Assembly (NCBI GenBank): GCA_032718475.1
Contig: JAUCBJ010008131.1
Location: forward strand, 1-33,799
DNA from: Nemertoderma westbladi
Taxonomy: Eukaryota > Animalia > Xenacoelomorpha
DNA: 33,799 nt
Reading direction: 5' to 3'
Position numbers and translations under genes: made by a program. Positions 1 through 10,393 of this stretch are shown here, one piece after another. The notes under the pieces were generated by a model. It saw nothing but the letters and a program-made list of their open reading frames with translations. It searched no databases and was not told where the DNA came from. Each line of letters opens with the position of its first letter. Within the stretch, counting starts at the first letter, position 1.

Positions 1-257
1 AAAAAATTATTAAAGTGTCTTTTTTTTATTTAAACAATAGCCCCAAAACAAGAAAATTGCCATAGACTCAATGATAGAAACACCAGTTGCGAAGTTTATT
101 AATATCTCACTCTATCCCAGACAGAAAGCAAACATTGAAATGCATTACCCCGCCAGCTGAGTAGCTATTCCCAGTGAATCCTATGAGAATATCTATAAGG
201 TTACTCACTGCTATGTTAGGTGGGGCGCAAGCTGATTGAATTCTAATCATTATTGAG

Positions 258-520
258 AAGACAGGGGGGGGGGGGAAACTCGACGCAAAACACGCCTTGG
301 CGAATTAATATCCCGCCTCAATGTTAAATTCTCAATTTAGGAAAAGGAGCAGGTTACAGTGGCACGTTATTTTAACCAAAACAATAAACTAAACACAATA
401 GAACAGGTTACAGTTTTATTATTGAGAGTTATCAGCTGTTATTTGCGTCGAATTTCCCCTGGAGAGGGATAATTTTTATTGCGTCCAGTTTCCCCCCCCC
501 CCCCCCCCCCCCCCCATCTG
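258..520. mobile_element. MITE (hAT- or MULE-like non-autonomous DNA transposon)
   Basis: Terminal inverted repeats (c/a)AGA(T/C)(A)G(n)AAACT(C/G)GACGCAA with poly-G/poly-C tracts. Flanking direct repeat TTATTGAG(A) at 250-258 and 521-529 (8-9 bp TSD). A second inverted copy lies at 21299-21530. Confidence 0.75.
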
Positions 521-1064
521 TTATTGAGAGTAAGCGCCCATTGTTCTGGTTTGATAGAATATTATTATCAGGATACGTGCATATTATAGGCTTATTGGTT
601 GCTTCATAGTGATGCCGGGATTGGATATGGTTAAATATTTGTCCATCTTTTCGCTTCAGAAACGGAATTAGATTTATTTTTTTCGGTTTTGTTGTCTTCT
701 AGACGGTCTTCTTATAGCCAGCTTGCTGGCTTTCTAGTTACTAAGAAAAAACAATACAAATTTTATGTAAGAGAATTAAAACTAAGGCACCTATTGCAAT
801 GATTGTCGACAGTCGCAACTCCAAAACTCAAATCCCTTTCAGCAGATGATCAAATGATATTGTATACCATTTTATAAGAGGATAGTTTAAGAAGAGAATC
901 TTTCAGAGCTCTACATTAATAATTACTAGGTCTTTTAACTTGTTCTGTGTTATACACTTGTTCATTAATGTTCAAGTATTATTTATTTAAGTCTAATATT
1001 ATTATGTTAGGCCTACTTGATTTATTATTGAAATACAGTAATAATATAATATATATTATTCATA

Positions 1065-2347
1065 ATGGTAGATGAATCAACTTCCCAATACCAAACTCCT
1101 ACAAATAGACTTCATGGATGGAGACTTACTGTGTTGGTGATTATATTGATGATCTTTCAGTTAATACCAGGTTGGGGTATGAACCTTCTGGAATCATTTT
1201 TCCCTATCGTTGTAGGAAAGCGTGGCTGGTCTAAGACCCTCATTGGTTCCTTGTTTGCAATTTATCCCCTCGTCCAGGTTATTCTTTACATTGTTTTCCC
1301 ACATTCCATCACCAACTGGGGATCGCGAATTTCTTTAGGAATATTTGGCGTCATAGGAACGTCATCCCAGCTGCTTTTTGGATTTGTAGAATACATTCCC
1401 AACAACACAGGGCATATATTCACATGTTTTTTGCTGCGACTCTAATAGGAATTGGTCTAAACATATGTTACACTTACTCCTACAATTTATTAATGGAATT
1501 GATGCCAAACCACAGAAGTTTCTTAGCTGGTATATCTCTTGTACTTGGCACTGCAGGATATGCTATCGCGCCAGTATTTGGATCCTCTTTGTTCGCTTCC
1601 CTGGGTTTTGAATATCCATTTATCATATCGAGTTTGATGTTTCTCACTGGAGTCCTTTACTGTTGGTACGAGGCTCCTCCTTACCTTTACGATAGACATG
1701 AATCTAATGAGGAACGACCAACATATCTTGGATTGCTGAAGAACACGGCAATTACGATAATATATATTCATCACGTCTATGTTGCGATGATGTTATATTT
1801 TGTATTGGCTTATTACTCGGCCTATATCCACTACTACTATCATGTCAATCAATATAATATTGGTTTAACATATATGATACATCCAGTGTGCGAATTTTGT
1901 ATAGCTGTTACAATAACTCTTTTGATTAAAAAGTTCAATTTCAGGACAATTTACCCAACTGTAATTGGTGTAACGATACTGTTCGGTTTTATGCAGCTAG
2001 TAGGGCCGACTGAGATACTTGGTTTACCTCACTCCTTATCCATTTCACTTAGTTCGATGGTCATCATTGGAATGGCAGTTGGGTTAATGCAGATTCCAGC
2101 GTTTGAAACACAAACTCGTCTGGCTGTGAGGGTCTGCGGTCGCCCTGACAACATTGATACAAGGGCTGTTCTACAACAAGCTCTTAGAATCTCATTTGCC
2201 GTTGGCACTTTACTAGGTGCGCTATTTGGCGGTATTCTAAATGATTATTTCGGATTCCAAATAGCTGCTTCACTTCTTAGTCTAACTATTCTGCCTTTTC
2301 TAATCACTCTCATGACTTTATTCGCATGTGGATATGTTGATCAGTAA
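1065..2347 (+). pseudogene. MFS transporter, SLC18B1-like, copy 1; intronless, 1-bp frameshift at ~1443
   Basis: ORFs 1065-1445 and 1424-2347 join into a ~427-aa multi-TM protein with motifs ESFFP, FGFVEYIP..FLLRL-IGIG, GYAIAPVFG..LF..GF.YPF, LVGP and GALFGG.LND.FGF. Alignment to copy 2 (ctg ata ata gga vs ctc taa tag ga) shows a 1-bp deletion. Confidence 0.75.
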
Positions 2348-2937
2348 GATATGTTACGAAATAGGCCACTAATTTGGTGAAGGACATGACGTAGTGTTTA
2401 TAATGGACAATAAGATAATGATCCACATACTAATAACCATACTGACTTGATTAATTACCCCAATACCCTACTATTTTGAATTTAATTTAACAATTAATTG
2501 AATATAGTAATAATAAAGCTGTAATGGGTTACTGCAGAATTTGTAATCAATTTAGAAACAGACTCAAAGCGGGAGGTTTCTGTGAAATTTGCGCCACAGC
2601 TCAAGCTTCTTCTAACAGTTCTTCGAACCCGACCGATAGGCCAACATTCGCAATCTCCCATTATTGATAACAGTAGAGCAACCGTGGCAATAGATTCATC
2701 TACTCAACCATATTACTATAACAAACTCTTCGCAATCAATATTGCTTATGGAAGAATATGTAGCAGTTGGAATTCGGTGGAAGTTGGCAGAACTCAACTT
2801 CCAGTTGTGAGTGACTTTGGAAGTGAATCCAACTTCCTCCCTTTGAGATATTATGTAGGATAGGTACACTTGGGTGGTGTGGGAGAACATTTGTTACTGG
2901 TACCATTTGCTTGCATTTATAATATATATTATTCATA

Positions 2938-4224
2938 ATGCTAGATGAATCAACTTCCCTTTACCAAACTCCAACAAAAAGACTTCATGGATGGAGACTT
3001 ACTGTGTTGGTCATTATATTGATGATCTTTCAGTTAATACCAGGATGGGGTATGAACCTTCTGGAATCATTTTTCCCTATCGTTGTAGGAAAGCGTGGCT
3101 GGTCTAAGACCCTCATTGGTTTGTTGTTTGCAATTTATCCCCTCGTCCAGGTTATTCTTTTCATTGTTTTCCCACATTCCATCACCAATTGGGGAACACG
3201 AATTTCTTTAGGAATATTTGGCGTCATAGGAACGAAATCCCAGCTGCTTTTTGGATTTGTAGAATACATTCCCAACAACACCGGACATATATTCGCCTGT
3301 TTTTTGTTGAGACTGATAATAGGAATTGGTCTAAACATATGTTACACTTACTCCTACAATTTATTAATGGAATTGATGCCAAACCACAGAAGTTTCTTCG
3401 CTGGTATATCTCTTGTAATTGGTACTGCAGGATATGGTATCGCACCAGTATTTGGATCCTCTTTGTTCGCTTCCCTGGGTTTTGAATATCCATTTATAAT
3501 ATCAGGTTTGATGTTTCTCACTGGTGTTCTTTACTGTTGGTACGAGGCTCCTCCTTACCTTTACGATAGACATGAATCTAATGAGGAACGACCAACATAT
3601 CTTGGAATGCTGAAGAACCCGGCAATTACGATAATATATATTCATCACATCTACTGTATCTATTGATGGTGATACATTTTGTATTGGCTTATTACTCGTC
3701 ATATATTCATTACTACTATCATGTCAATCAATATAATATTGGTTTAGCATCTATAATACATCCTGGGTGCGAAATTTGTATAGCTGTCTTATTTACTATT
3801 TTGATTCAAAAGTTCAATTGCAAGACAATTTACCCAACTATAATTGGTGTAACGATACTGTTCGGTTCAATGCAACTAGTAGGGCCGACTGAGATACTTG
3901 GTTTACCTCACTCCTTAACCATTTCACTTAGTTCGATGGTCATCATTGGATTGGGAGCCGCAATAATGCAGATTCCAGCGTTTGAAACACAAACTCGCCT
4001 GGCTGTGAGGGTCTGCGGTCACCCTGACAACATTGATACAAGGGCTGTTCTACAACAAGCACTTAGAATCTCATTTGCCGTTGGTGCTTCACTAGGTGCG
4101 CTATTTGGCGGTATTCGAAATGATTATTTTGGATTCCAAATAGCCGCTTCACTTCTTAGTCTGACTATTCTGCCTTTTATAATCACTCATGACTTTATTC
4201 GCATGTGGATATGTTGATCAGTAA
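2938..4224 (+). pseudogene. MFS transporter, SLC18B1-like, copy 2; frameshifts at ~3655 (+5 nt) and ~4187 (-2 nt)
   Basis: Near-identical paralog of 1065-2347. ORFs 2938-3666 and 3663-4217. The ancestral stop TAA is at 4222-4224 by alignment with copy 1. Confidence 0.75.
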
Positions 4225-4419
4225 GATATGTTACGAAATAGGCTACTAATTTGGTGAAGGATATGGCGTAGTGTTTATAATGGACAATAAGATAATGATC
4301 CACATACTAATAGCCATACTGACTTGATTAATTACCCTAATACCCTACTATTTTGAATTTAATTTAACAATTAAGTAATAATAAAGCTAAATGGGTCACT
4401 GCAAAATTTGTAATCAATT

Positions 4420-7100
4420 TAGAAACAGACTCAAAGCGGGAGGTTTCTGTGAAATTTGCGCCGCAGCTCAGGGAGGTTGGTAGAGCCCTTGATGTAGGAT
4501 ACCTGGCCTGGCTGGCGTTGGCGAGGAATGTAGACAAGGCGGACATGGGAGTTGCATTGAATGAAGACGGGGTAGGGAGCAGATTTAGGAATGGCAATGG
4601 AGCCGTCCATCGGTTGGAGCTGCATCAGGGGAAACCAAGGCTTGGGGGGGGGGGGTTACATGCAATGGCTGGTTAATTGCGTGGGGTGTAACAAGGAGGG
4701 CATCGGAGGCGGAGAGATGAGGTAGTAGTTGCCATGTGAGGGTGTCGCCTGGGCGTATAATGGACGATCGAATGGGAGCGCGTAGAATCTGGGTCGTCAT
4801 TCGGCGAATGGCGGGTCGAGGATGACCAGTCGGTGGTTACTGAGTAGAACTGCCGTCCACGAACGTTATCAGGGACTGGGTAGGGCGGATACTGATATCG
4901 TTTGAGGATAAGAATAGAACACCAGTGAGGAGTGGAATGTTGAGGCCGTCGACAACAAGTTCACACAAGGTAAACAGGAGGTGAACAGGAGTGTGGCATC
5001 ATGAGAAATTAGGTCGGATTCAGCGCCGTAATCAAGGAAAACCGGGATGGGTTTGCCATTATACAGGAGTGTGGCATCATGAGAAATTAGGTCGCATTCA
5101 GCGCCGTAATCAAGGAAAACCGGGATGGGTTTGCCATTATAATGTGCCGTAAAGGTGGGACTCGGGCATACACCGACGATATTAACCATCAGATCAGCGG
5201 GTGTACTGGCAACGGAGCTGTCGTCGTCTTCCGGTTGTTCGTATGAAATGTCGTCAATGTCGCACTCGATGTGGACGAGATAGGTTAAAGTAGGATGAGA
5301 AATAAAACGCTTGTCAGCAGGGGGAAGGAAGGGACAAGTGCTGAGAAAGTGGTTGATGGGAGTGCGCTTAGTCTGGTAGCAGAGGGGACATTGGCGAACA
5401 GGATGAGATGCCCCGCGGGTGGTGGAATTAGGACCGAAACCTGATGAGGTAGAAGGGGTCCTACGCATCTGGGTGTGGAAGGTGCGTACTTCTGTGGCAG
5501 TGTGGAGCTCATTGAGAATAGATGACAGCAGGGCCTGGGAGACCTCAGGTTTGATGCTAGCCAGTGTATGGGACTGGAGTTTGGTGCCGTATCGCTGATG
5601 AACTAAGCAAGGGAGGTAGCTGATGAGGTAGAAGGGGTCCTACGCATCTGGGCGTGGAAGGTATGTACTTCTGCGGCAGTGTGGAGCTCATTGAGAAGAG
5701 ATGACAGGGCCTGGGAGACCTCGGGTTTGATGCTACTACTACTAGGATCGGCATGCTGCATTGCAGCTGCATTTTTAAGAATGCTGTGCCGGCTTATCGA
5801 CAAAATTGCACCGCCACAACTCCCTATCACCCATGACATTTGCTAGATCATCCGCATCTTCAAGGCCAGTGTCCTTTAAGATGCGTCTCAAGAAAGTCAT
5901 GGGCTGTCCACCATGCTTATTCACTCCATGAGGCTGCCAAAGTACAAGATTATGCACTGGCTGGTCCTCACGGCGAAAGCAATGTCCTGCAAAGCGGAGG
6001 CGCTTTTGTTCTAGTGTCAAGCTTGGGGGAACCAATGAGACACCTCCAATGTTATATAGTGTCTGGTTGGAGATGTGTGCATTGTACTTGACACAACTTT
6101 AATTTAACTTTAACTTTAAAATTGGACTTGACTTTGATGCTAGCCAGTGTATGGGACTGGAGTTTGGTGCCGTATCGCTGATGAACTAAGCAAGGGAGGT
6201 CCAGGTGGATAAGGTGGTGCCAAACGAGTACAACGAAGTTCTCGAGAGATGGAGACAACTCCTCTTTGTCGTTGGGCAGAATCCCATGGTGGGAGATACC
6301 GCCATCCCGCTGGAGTAAGTTGTCGTCAATGAAAGGCAGCTAACGGCTGGAAGAGGTCTTCGGGGCATTCCTCATGGAGGAGAGAGATCTCGGAGGAGAC
6401 GAAATGGGCTCCAGTTGCCTGGAAGCCATATAATGCAGGCGGATGGCCTGCCATATGGAGGGCAAGGAATTGCAGTCCCGAATGATCGAGTTACACGCGA
6501 TACGGGGGCGTAATTGGCGACCTGGCCGATAATAAGCTCCAGCGCTGTAGTCTTTTGAAAGCGGTACGGCTATCTGCTGGAGCAACGGTGTTCGGGTCGT
6601 CAGCGAAGCCGCGGAATGGTACAGCGTGGGTATGGCGCAACCAGGTGGCGCCCAGGGATGTAAATGGTGCAAACTGGGGTTGGAGTGCAAGTGAATAAGT
6701 TAGATTGTTGCGCCATACTTGAAAGGAATTGATCGTTTCTGACTTGCTGAGTGGAACCAGTTTGGGGGGTTTCAGAGGGTTGTTAAATGCCATGGTACCG
6801 GAAGTAGCTAGCAGAAGTAGAGGCTGAGTGAGTTGGGGTCTGTTTTTGTAGTAACTTGAGGAATGGGAAGCGAAGCACACAGTGACACCATGCCAGAAGT
6901 AAGGTAGCCACGCAATAATGAGCGAAGTGAATGAAGTGGGGTAAGTGAGCCACAAGTATAATAACCACTTATTATAGTGCGTAATATATATCAAACACGC
7001 AAAGCAGGCAGGTAAACACAACAACAGACCAGTAAGCAGCTCACAGCTGGAAATCACTACGGTACTGTAGTGCAGTACAGTAATCACTGAACCAACTGGT
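4420..7100 (-). mobile_element. Degenerate Ty3/Gypsy-type LTR retrotransposon remnant (gag + protease; truncated before RT)
   Basis: Gag starts at ATG 6793 and is spread over shifted frames: PPKLVPLSKSETINSFQVWRNNLTYSL, SIWQAIRLHY, SPSLENFVVLVW..LIH.DLP.LV.QRYG..L.S.TLASIK|PEVSQAL, then CPLC..HFLSTCPFL. The protease motif is FLDYGA (degenerate D[ST]G), tandemly duplicated over 78 bp. No LTR was recognised and the upstream boundary is approximate. Confidence 0.75.
5736..6132 (-). mobile_element. 5'-truncated RTE/RTEX-like LINE 3' end inserted in the Gypsy gag
   Basis: C-terminal LINE motif HISNQTLY..KRLRFAGHCFRR..LVLWQP..DTGL..DRELWR (5775-6090). (TAG)n 3' tail at 5736-5744. 10-bp TSD TTTGATGCTA at 5726-5735 and 6133-6142. 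Confidence 0.8.
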
Positions 7101-7725
7101 ATACCATCAGGCCCACAAACAGACGGACAGGGCCTAAACTGGCTGGCGCAAATTCAATTTTGACTTTTCAGAATATAAAATTGCTTGAAATAATATTAGT
7201 TCTCCTAACTATTACTTAACTATGGCCTACCAATTTTAATAAACTAGGCCTATAGTAATTAATTACTGTTCATATATAATATGTCCGTCCTATTGTATAA
7301 CTCGTACAATACAAAATTATTAAATATATAAATTGTTTGTAAAAAACAATGTCTCTTGGCCTACTGCTGTTATTATTCATAACGATTCATTACTGATTGG
7401 AATTTGAATTTTTTTGAGCTCGAGATTTTTTTGAGCTCGAGATTTTTTCCGTGCGTAACTTTCCGTGCATAACGCTGGCATGCAATACTATGCATTTTTT
7501 TATTGAAATGTTGATAATTTTGCGATATTCGATAAATATGGAGAAAACATATATATTTATGTTGTGGTAGAAAATTAACCCTCTACCTTGAAAAACCCGA
7601 ACGATATGAACCAACAAACTTTGGTGTAAGAAATATCACATTTCTTCAGTCCGTGCATAATGAGTAATCCAAATTGTCGACATGCTGCAGCTAGGGGGTC
7701 TGCCATCTACGAAGATTTATAATAT

Positions 7726-8451
7726 ATATATATATAATATAAGTTTAAATTAAGTAAAGAAAGTTATGGAATATGACTGTAGGGTGTGAGATCAAGTTGT
7801 TTTAGTATAATAATATTTTAAGATTTCAAAAAGTGACAACTTATATGATCAATCACTAAAAATTTATTTTTTTATTATTAGCTTTCGATAGCTCTCTCTA
7901 TCTTTTTCAAATAAACGATATTCTAGAATTAATGCACTACAAATAATAATACTACCCTAGCAACTAATGAGTTTGTTAAATCTGTGAATCTTCAATCTTT
8001 ATAATTCTTAAGGATTGAAAACATCAAGTCCAAAGTTATTGATCACCGCCTCGTTGAGAACATTCAAACCCATTGGTTGTAAAGTTTCCAACCGGCACTG
8101 CCATTCTCCCTCTTTAATTCTGAGTTTTTGTCGGTTCAGTTTTTTGTTTGCTGAGATCGGTAGACAATCAAATGGTGTAATTCTGAAGTGTGCATTGTAA
8201 GAATGACCCGAGGTAGTAAAATGTCTGTCGATGGCAGTCGATGGTTTGTCATTAATTATCTTTGTCTTGTAGTTGGCTATCCTAGGCTTTAAGTCCTCTG
8301 TTGAACCGATACCAAATAAGTTACATTTAAGGCAAGTCACCACATAAATAACATTTTTAGCATTGCAAGATAAATCATTCTTTATATAAACCCTGTGGCT
8401 TTTGTTAGTTGTTGAGCTGACATATTTTAAAGGTAATAATACTTTACACAA
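7726..8451 (-). mobile_element. 5'-truncated Penelope-like element (Neptune-like): GIY-YIG endonuclease plus pseudo-LTR
   Basis: ORF 8008-8451 reads SCNAKNVIYVVTCLKCNLFGIGST..KPRIANYK..HF..H..LRIKEGEW..LETLQPMGLN, a typical PLE C-terminal GIY-YIG domain. A hammerhead motif lies ~95 nt downstream of the stop. Confidence 0.85.
7875..7914 (-). ncRNA. Minimal type-I hammerhead ribozyme, U3:A8 core variant
   Basis: The minus strand reads TTAT-TTGAAAA-A-GATAG(AGAGAG)CTATC-GAAA-GC-TA-ATAA. Stem I is TTAT/ATAA, stem II is 5 bp, stem III is the palindrome AGCT, and the cleavage triplet is CUA. Confidence 0.6.
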
Positions 8452-8812
8452 TAATACTATAATACATAATACATATCGGTTCCTTTCTCTACTCTAACTA
8501 ATATCCGTGAATAAATTTAAATAATATAACTTTTAATTTCTAATATTGGTGCTTTCAATTAACTACAGTAGATAATTTTCCAAATTCATTTCAGGTGCAT
8601 ATAGGTAGTTTCACTATGTATGTAATTTAATGTATTAGCTAATTTATTAATTATTATTATTATAAATATTGGTGTCCCTACTTTAAAACTAATCCAATTA
8701 CATTTATTTCCTAACTACAGTACTTTTACCGGTAGTGGCACGTGATTGGCTACTGTCCGGAGCAATACATTGTTTAGGCTGTACCAGGGCCTTCATAAAA
8801 TAACAGGCCTGA

Positions 8813-9538
8813 ACTGTTTTTGCTCCACCAAAAAACGTCGAAAAGAGAAAGTTGTGGCAAGAGGCACTACGCGAAAATGGTGTAGTGACATTAACTGTTA
8901 GTATGGGAGTTTGTGAGAACCATTTCATTCCAAGTAATGTGATTGGAACAGGGCAAAGAAAGCGCCTTCATAGAGATGCAACACCGTTTTCGTGCCGGGG
9001 TAATGTGGGAGCAAGCTCAAATTCATTTGCATCAACTGCAGAGAAGAGAAGACTTGTAAATGAGGGTGAAAGACTAGATGCGGAGATCAGAGAGTTTTTG
9101 TCAAGTGACATAATAGTGTCCACATCTCAATTCGATGAGGGCGAACTATCTGAACCAAACAAGCTATTCTATAACTTAATCCAAAATAATGAAAATGTCG
9201 TTCATCTTTTCGGAGAGCATGGTGAAAGCGAAGCTGGTTCTTTAGTCAGTTTAGACAGCAATGGCATGGTGAAAGTTTTCGTTAACGGTAAGAAAATTAC
9301 GTTGCCGGGGCACTTGACAAAATGGGAGAAGATCTCTCGATATAGTGAATTGAATAGTGTGTTAACCTTTGCCAAAGAAGTCGAATGGAATGAAATACAT
9401 AATGCTACAATAGAAAGCGTTGTGAAAGACCTACAGGGACTTTCAGATAAGGTAGTTGATGAAAAGCAAAGTAAGTTATTTCGATTTTGCGCAGATCAAA
9501 TTGAGTTAAGCTGCACTCCTCCAAATCGAACTAACTGA
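8813..9538 (+). pseudogene. N-terminal transposase fragment with a truncated THAP zinc finger
   Basis: TVFAPPKNVEKRKLWQEAL..VCENHF..KRL..DATPF carries the THAP F-P/W/C-xx-HF/AVP-like motifs. The first two Cys are missing because the frame starts directly after the TIR. Confidence 0.75.
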
Positions 9539-9718
9539 CAATGACTTAACAATTTACCTCGATAAGTCATTTCAATATACTACGATGATTGACAGAGGAA
9601 AACTCACTGTTCCTTGTAAGTGGCTTGTATTATATGTTTCACGATGTCTCGCAAGCCTAAAGCTGTTGATGACTGAAGCAAGTACACGAAATAAATTCCT
9701 GTCCAGTAAAGCACCACG

Positions 9719-10204
9719 TGTGGTGATCAGCAGCAAGGACATACAAAATATGAAACACAACAATATCAAATTACAAAAAACGTTATAAATAATATAACGC
9801 CATCTAGGGAAGTTTACAGGAAACAACAAAATTGCGCTAGAATAATCCTGACCGCTGATTGGAGGATAACAAAGAGGGATAGATAGGTAGGATAATACCG
9901 GTTAGTAAGTAATATATCAAGATATGGTCAGTACAATACAGTACCTACAGTAGTAGTTTAGATTCGTGTTTCTTTTTGGATGTCTGACATCTGATTGTCT
10001 GACGTATGTACCGATGTATTTTGATTTATCTGTTTTGATTAGATTTATCTGCAGTATTATGTTCTGATGTTATGAACTAACAAACTAATCGTTTTAGCCA
10101 GCCTGCCAGTTAACGGCAGATTTTCTTCAGGGAAACCAGAAAAACTAAGTGGTAGATTGCCACGGAACCCGGGTTTGACCTTATCCTGTTATCCAGCTTT
10201 CACA
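9719..10204 (+). repeat. 5' LTR (486 bp)
   Basis: TGTGGTGATC...CTTTCACA. No difference from the 3' LTR was found on line-by-line comparison. Confidence 0.97.
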
Positions 10205-10206
10205 TT

Positions 10207-10223
10207 TGGGGGCTTGTCCGGGA
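10207..10223 (+). promoter_or_regulatory. Primer binding site, tRNA-Pro
   Basis: TGGGGGCTTGTCCGGGA lies 2 nt after the LTR. It matches the known tRNA-Pro PBS TGGGGGCTCGTCCGGGA(T) except for one C>T. Confidence 0.9.
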
Positions 10224-10393
10224 GGATTTTTTTTTCTTCCTGGTTACTGCTGCTGGTTATAGACTTGTTACTTGTACCGTCAGACCGTTGGGCGTAGATA
10301 TCGATTGTTGGTTATCGGTAAACTGGCTGACTTTGGACTTGTACCGGTAGGTACCGGTAATATCAAGCATTCAGACAGTCAGCGAGTCAGGGT

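Larger units (their letters stand above)
1047..4470 (+). repeat. ~1.55-kb tandem segmental duplication (1047-2603 vs 2920-4470) with a ~315-bp unique spacer
   Basis: Homology begins ~18 bp upstream of each ATG and ends at gaaatttgcgcc(a/g)cagctca in both copies. Confidence 0.9.

Noticed and set aside
2604-2919. Integrase-like fragment (LPLLITVEQPWQ*IHL) in the duplication spacer
   Set aside because: Too short and stop-ridden to support a call without a search.
5432-5460. GACCGAAAC-CTGATGAG-GT resembling a permuted hammerhead
   Set aside because: There is no room for stems I and III or a cleavage triplet. It is the antisense of gag coding sequence.
7141-7700. DNA-transposon-like segment with a short tandem GAGCTCGAGATTTTTT duplication
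   Set aside because: No TIR partner or TSD could be identified in the window.
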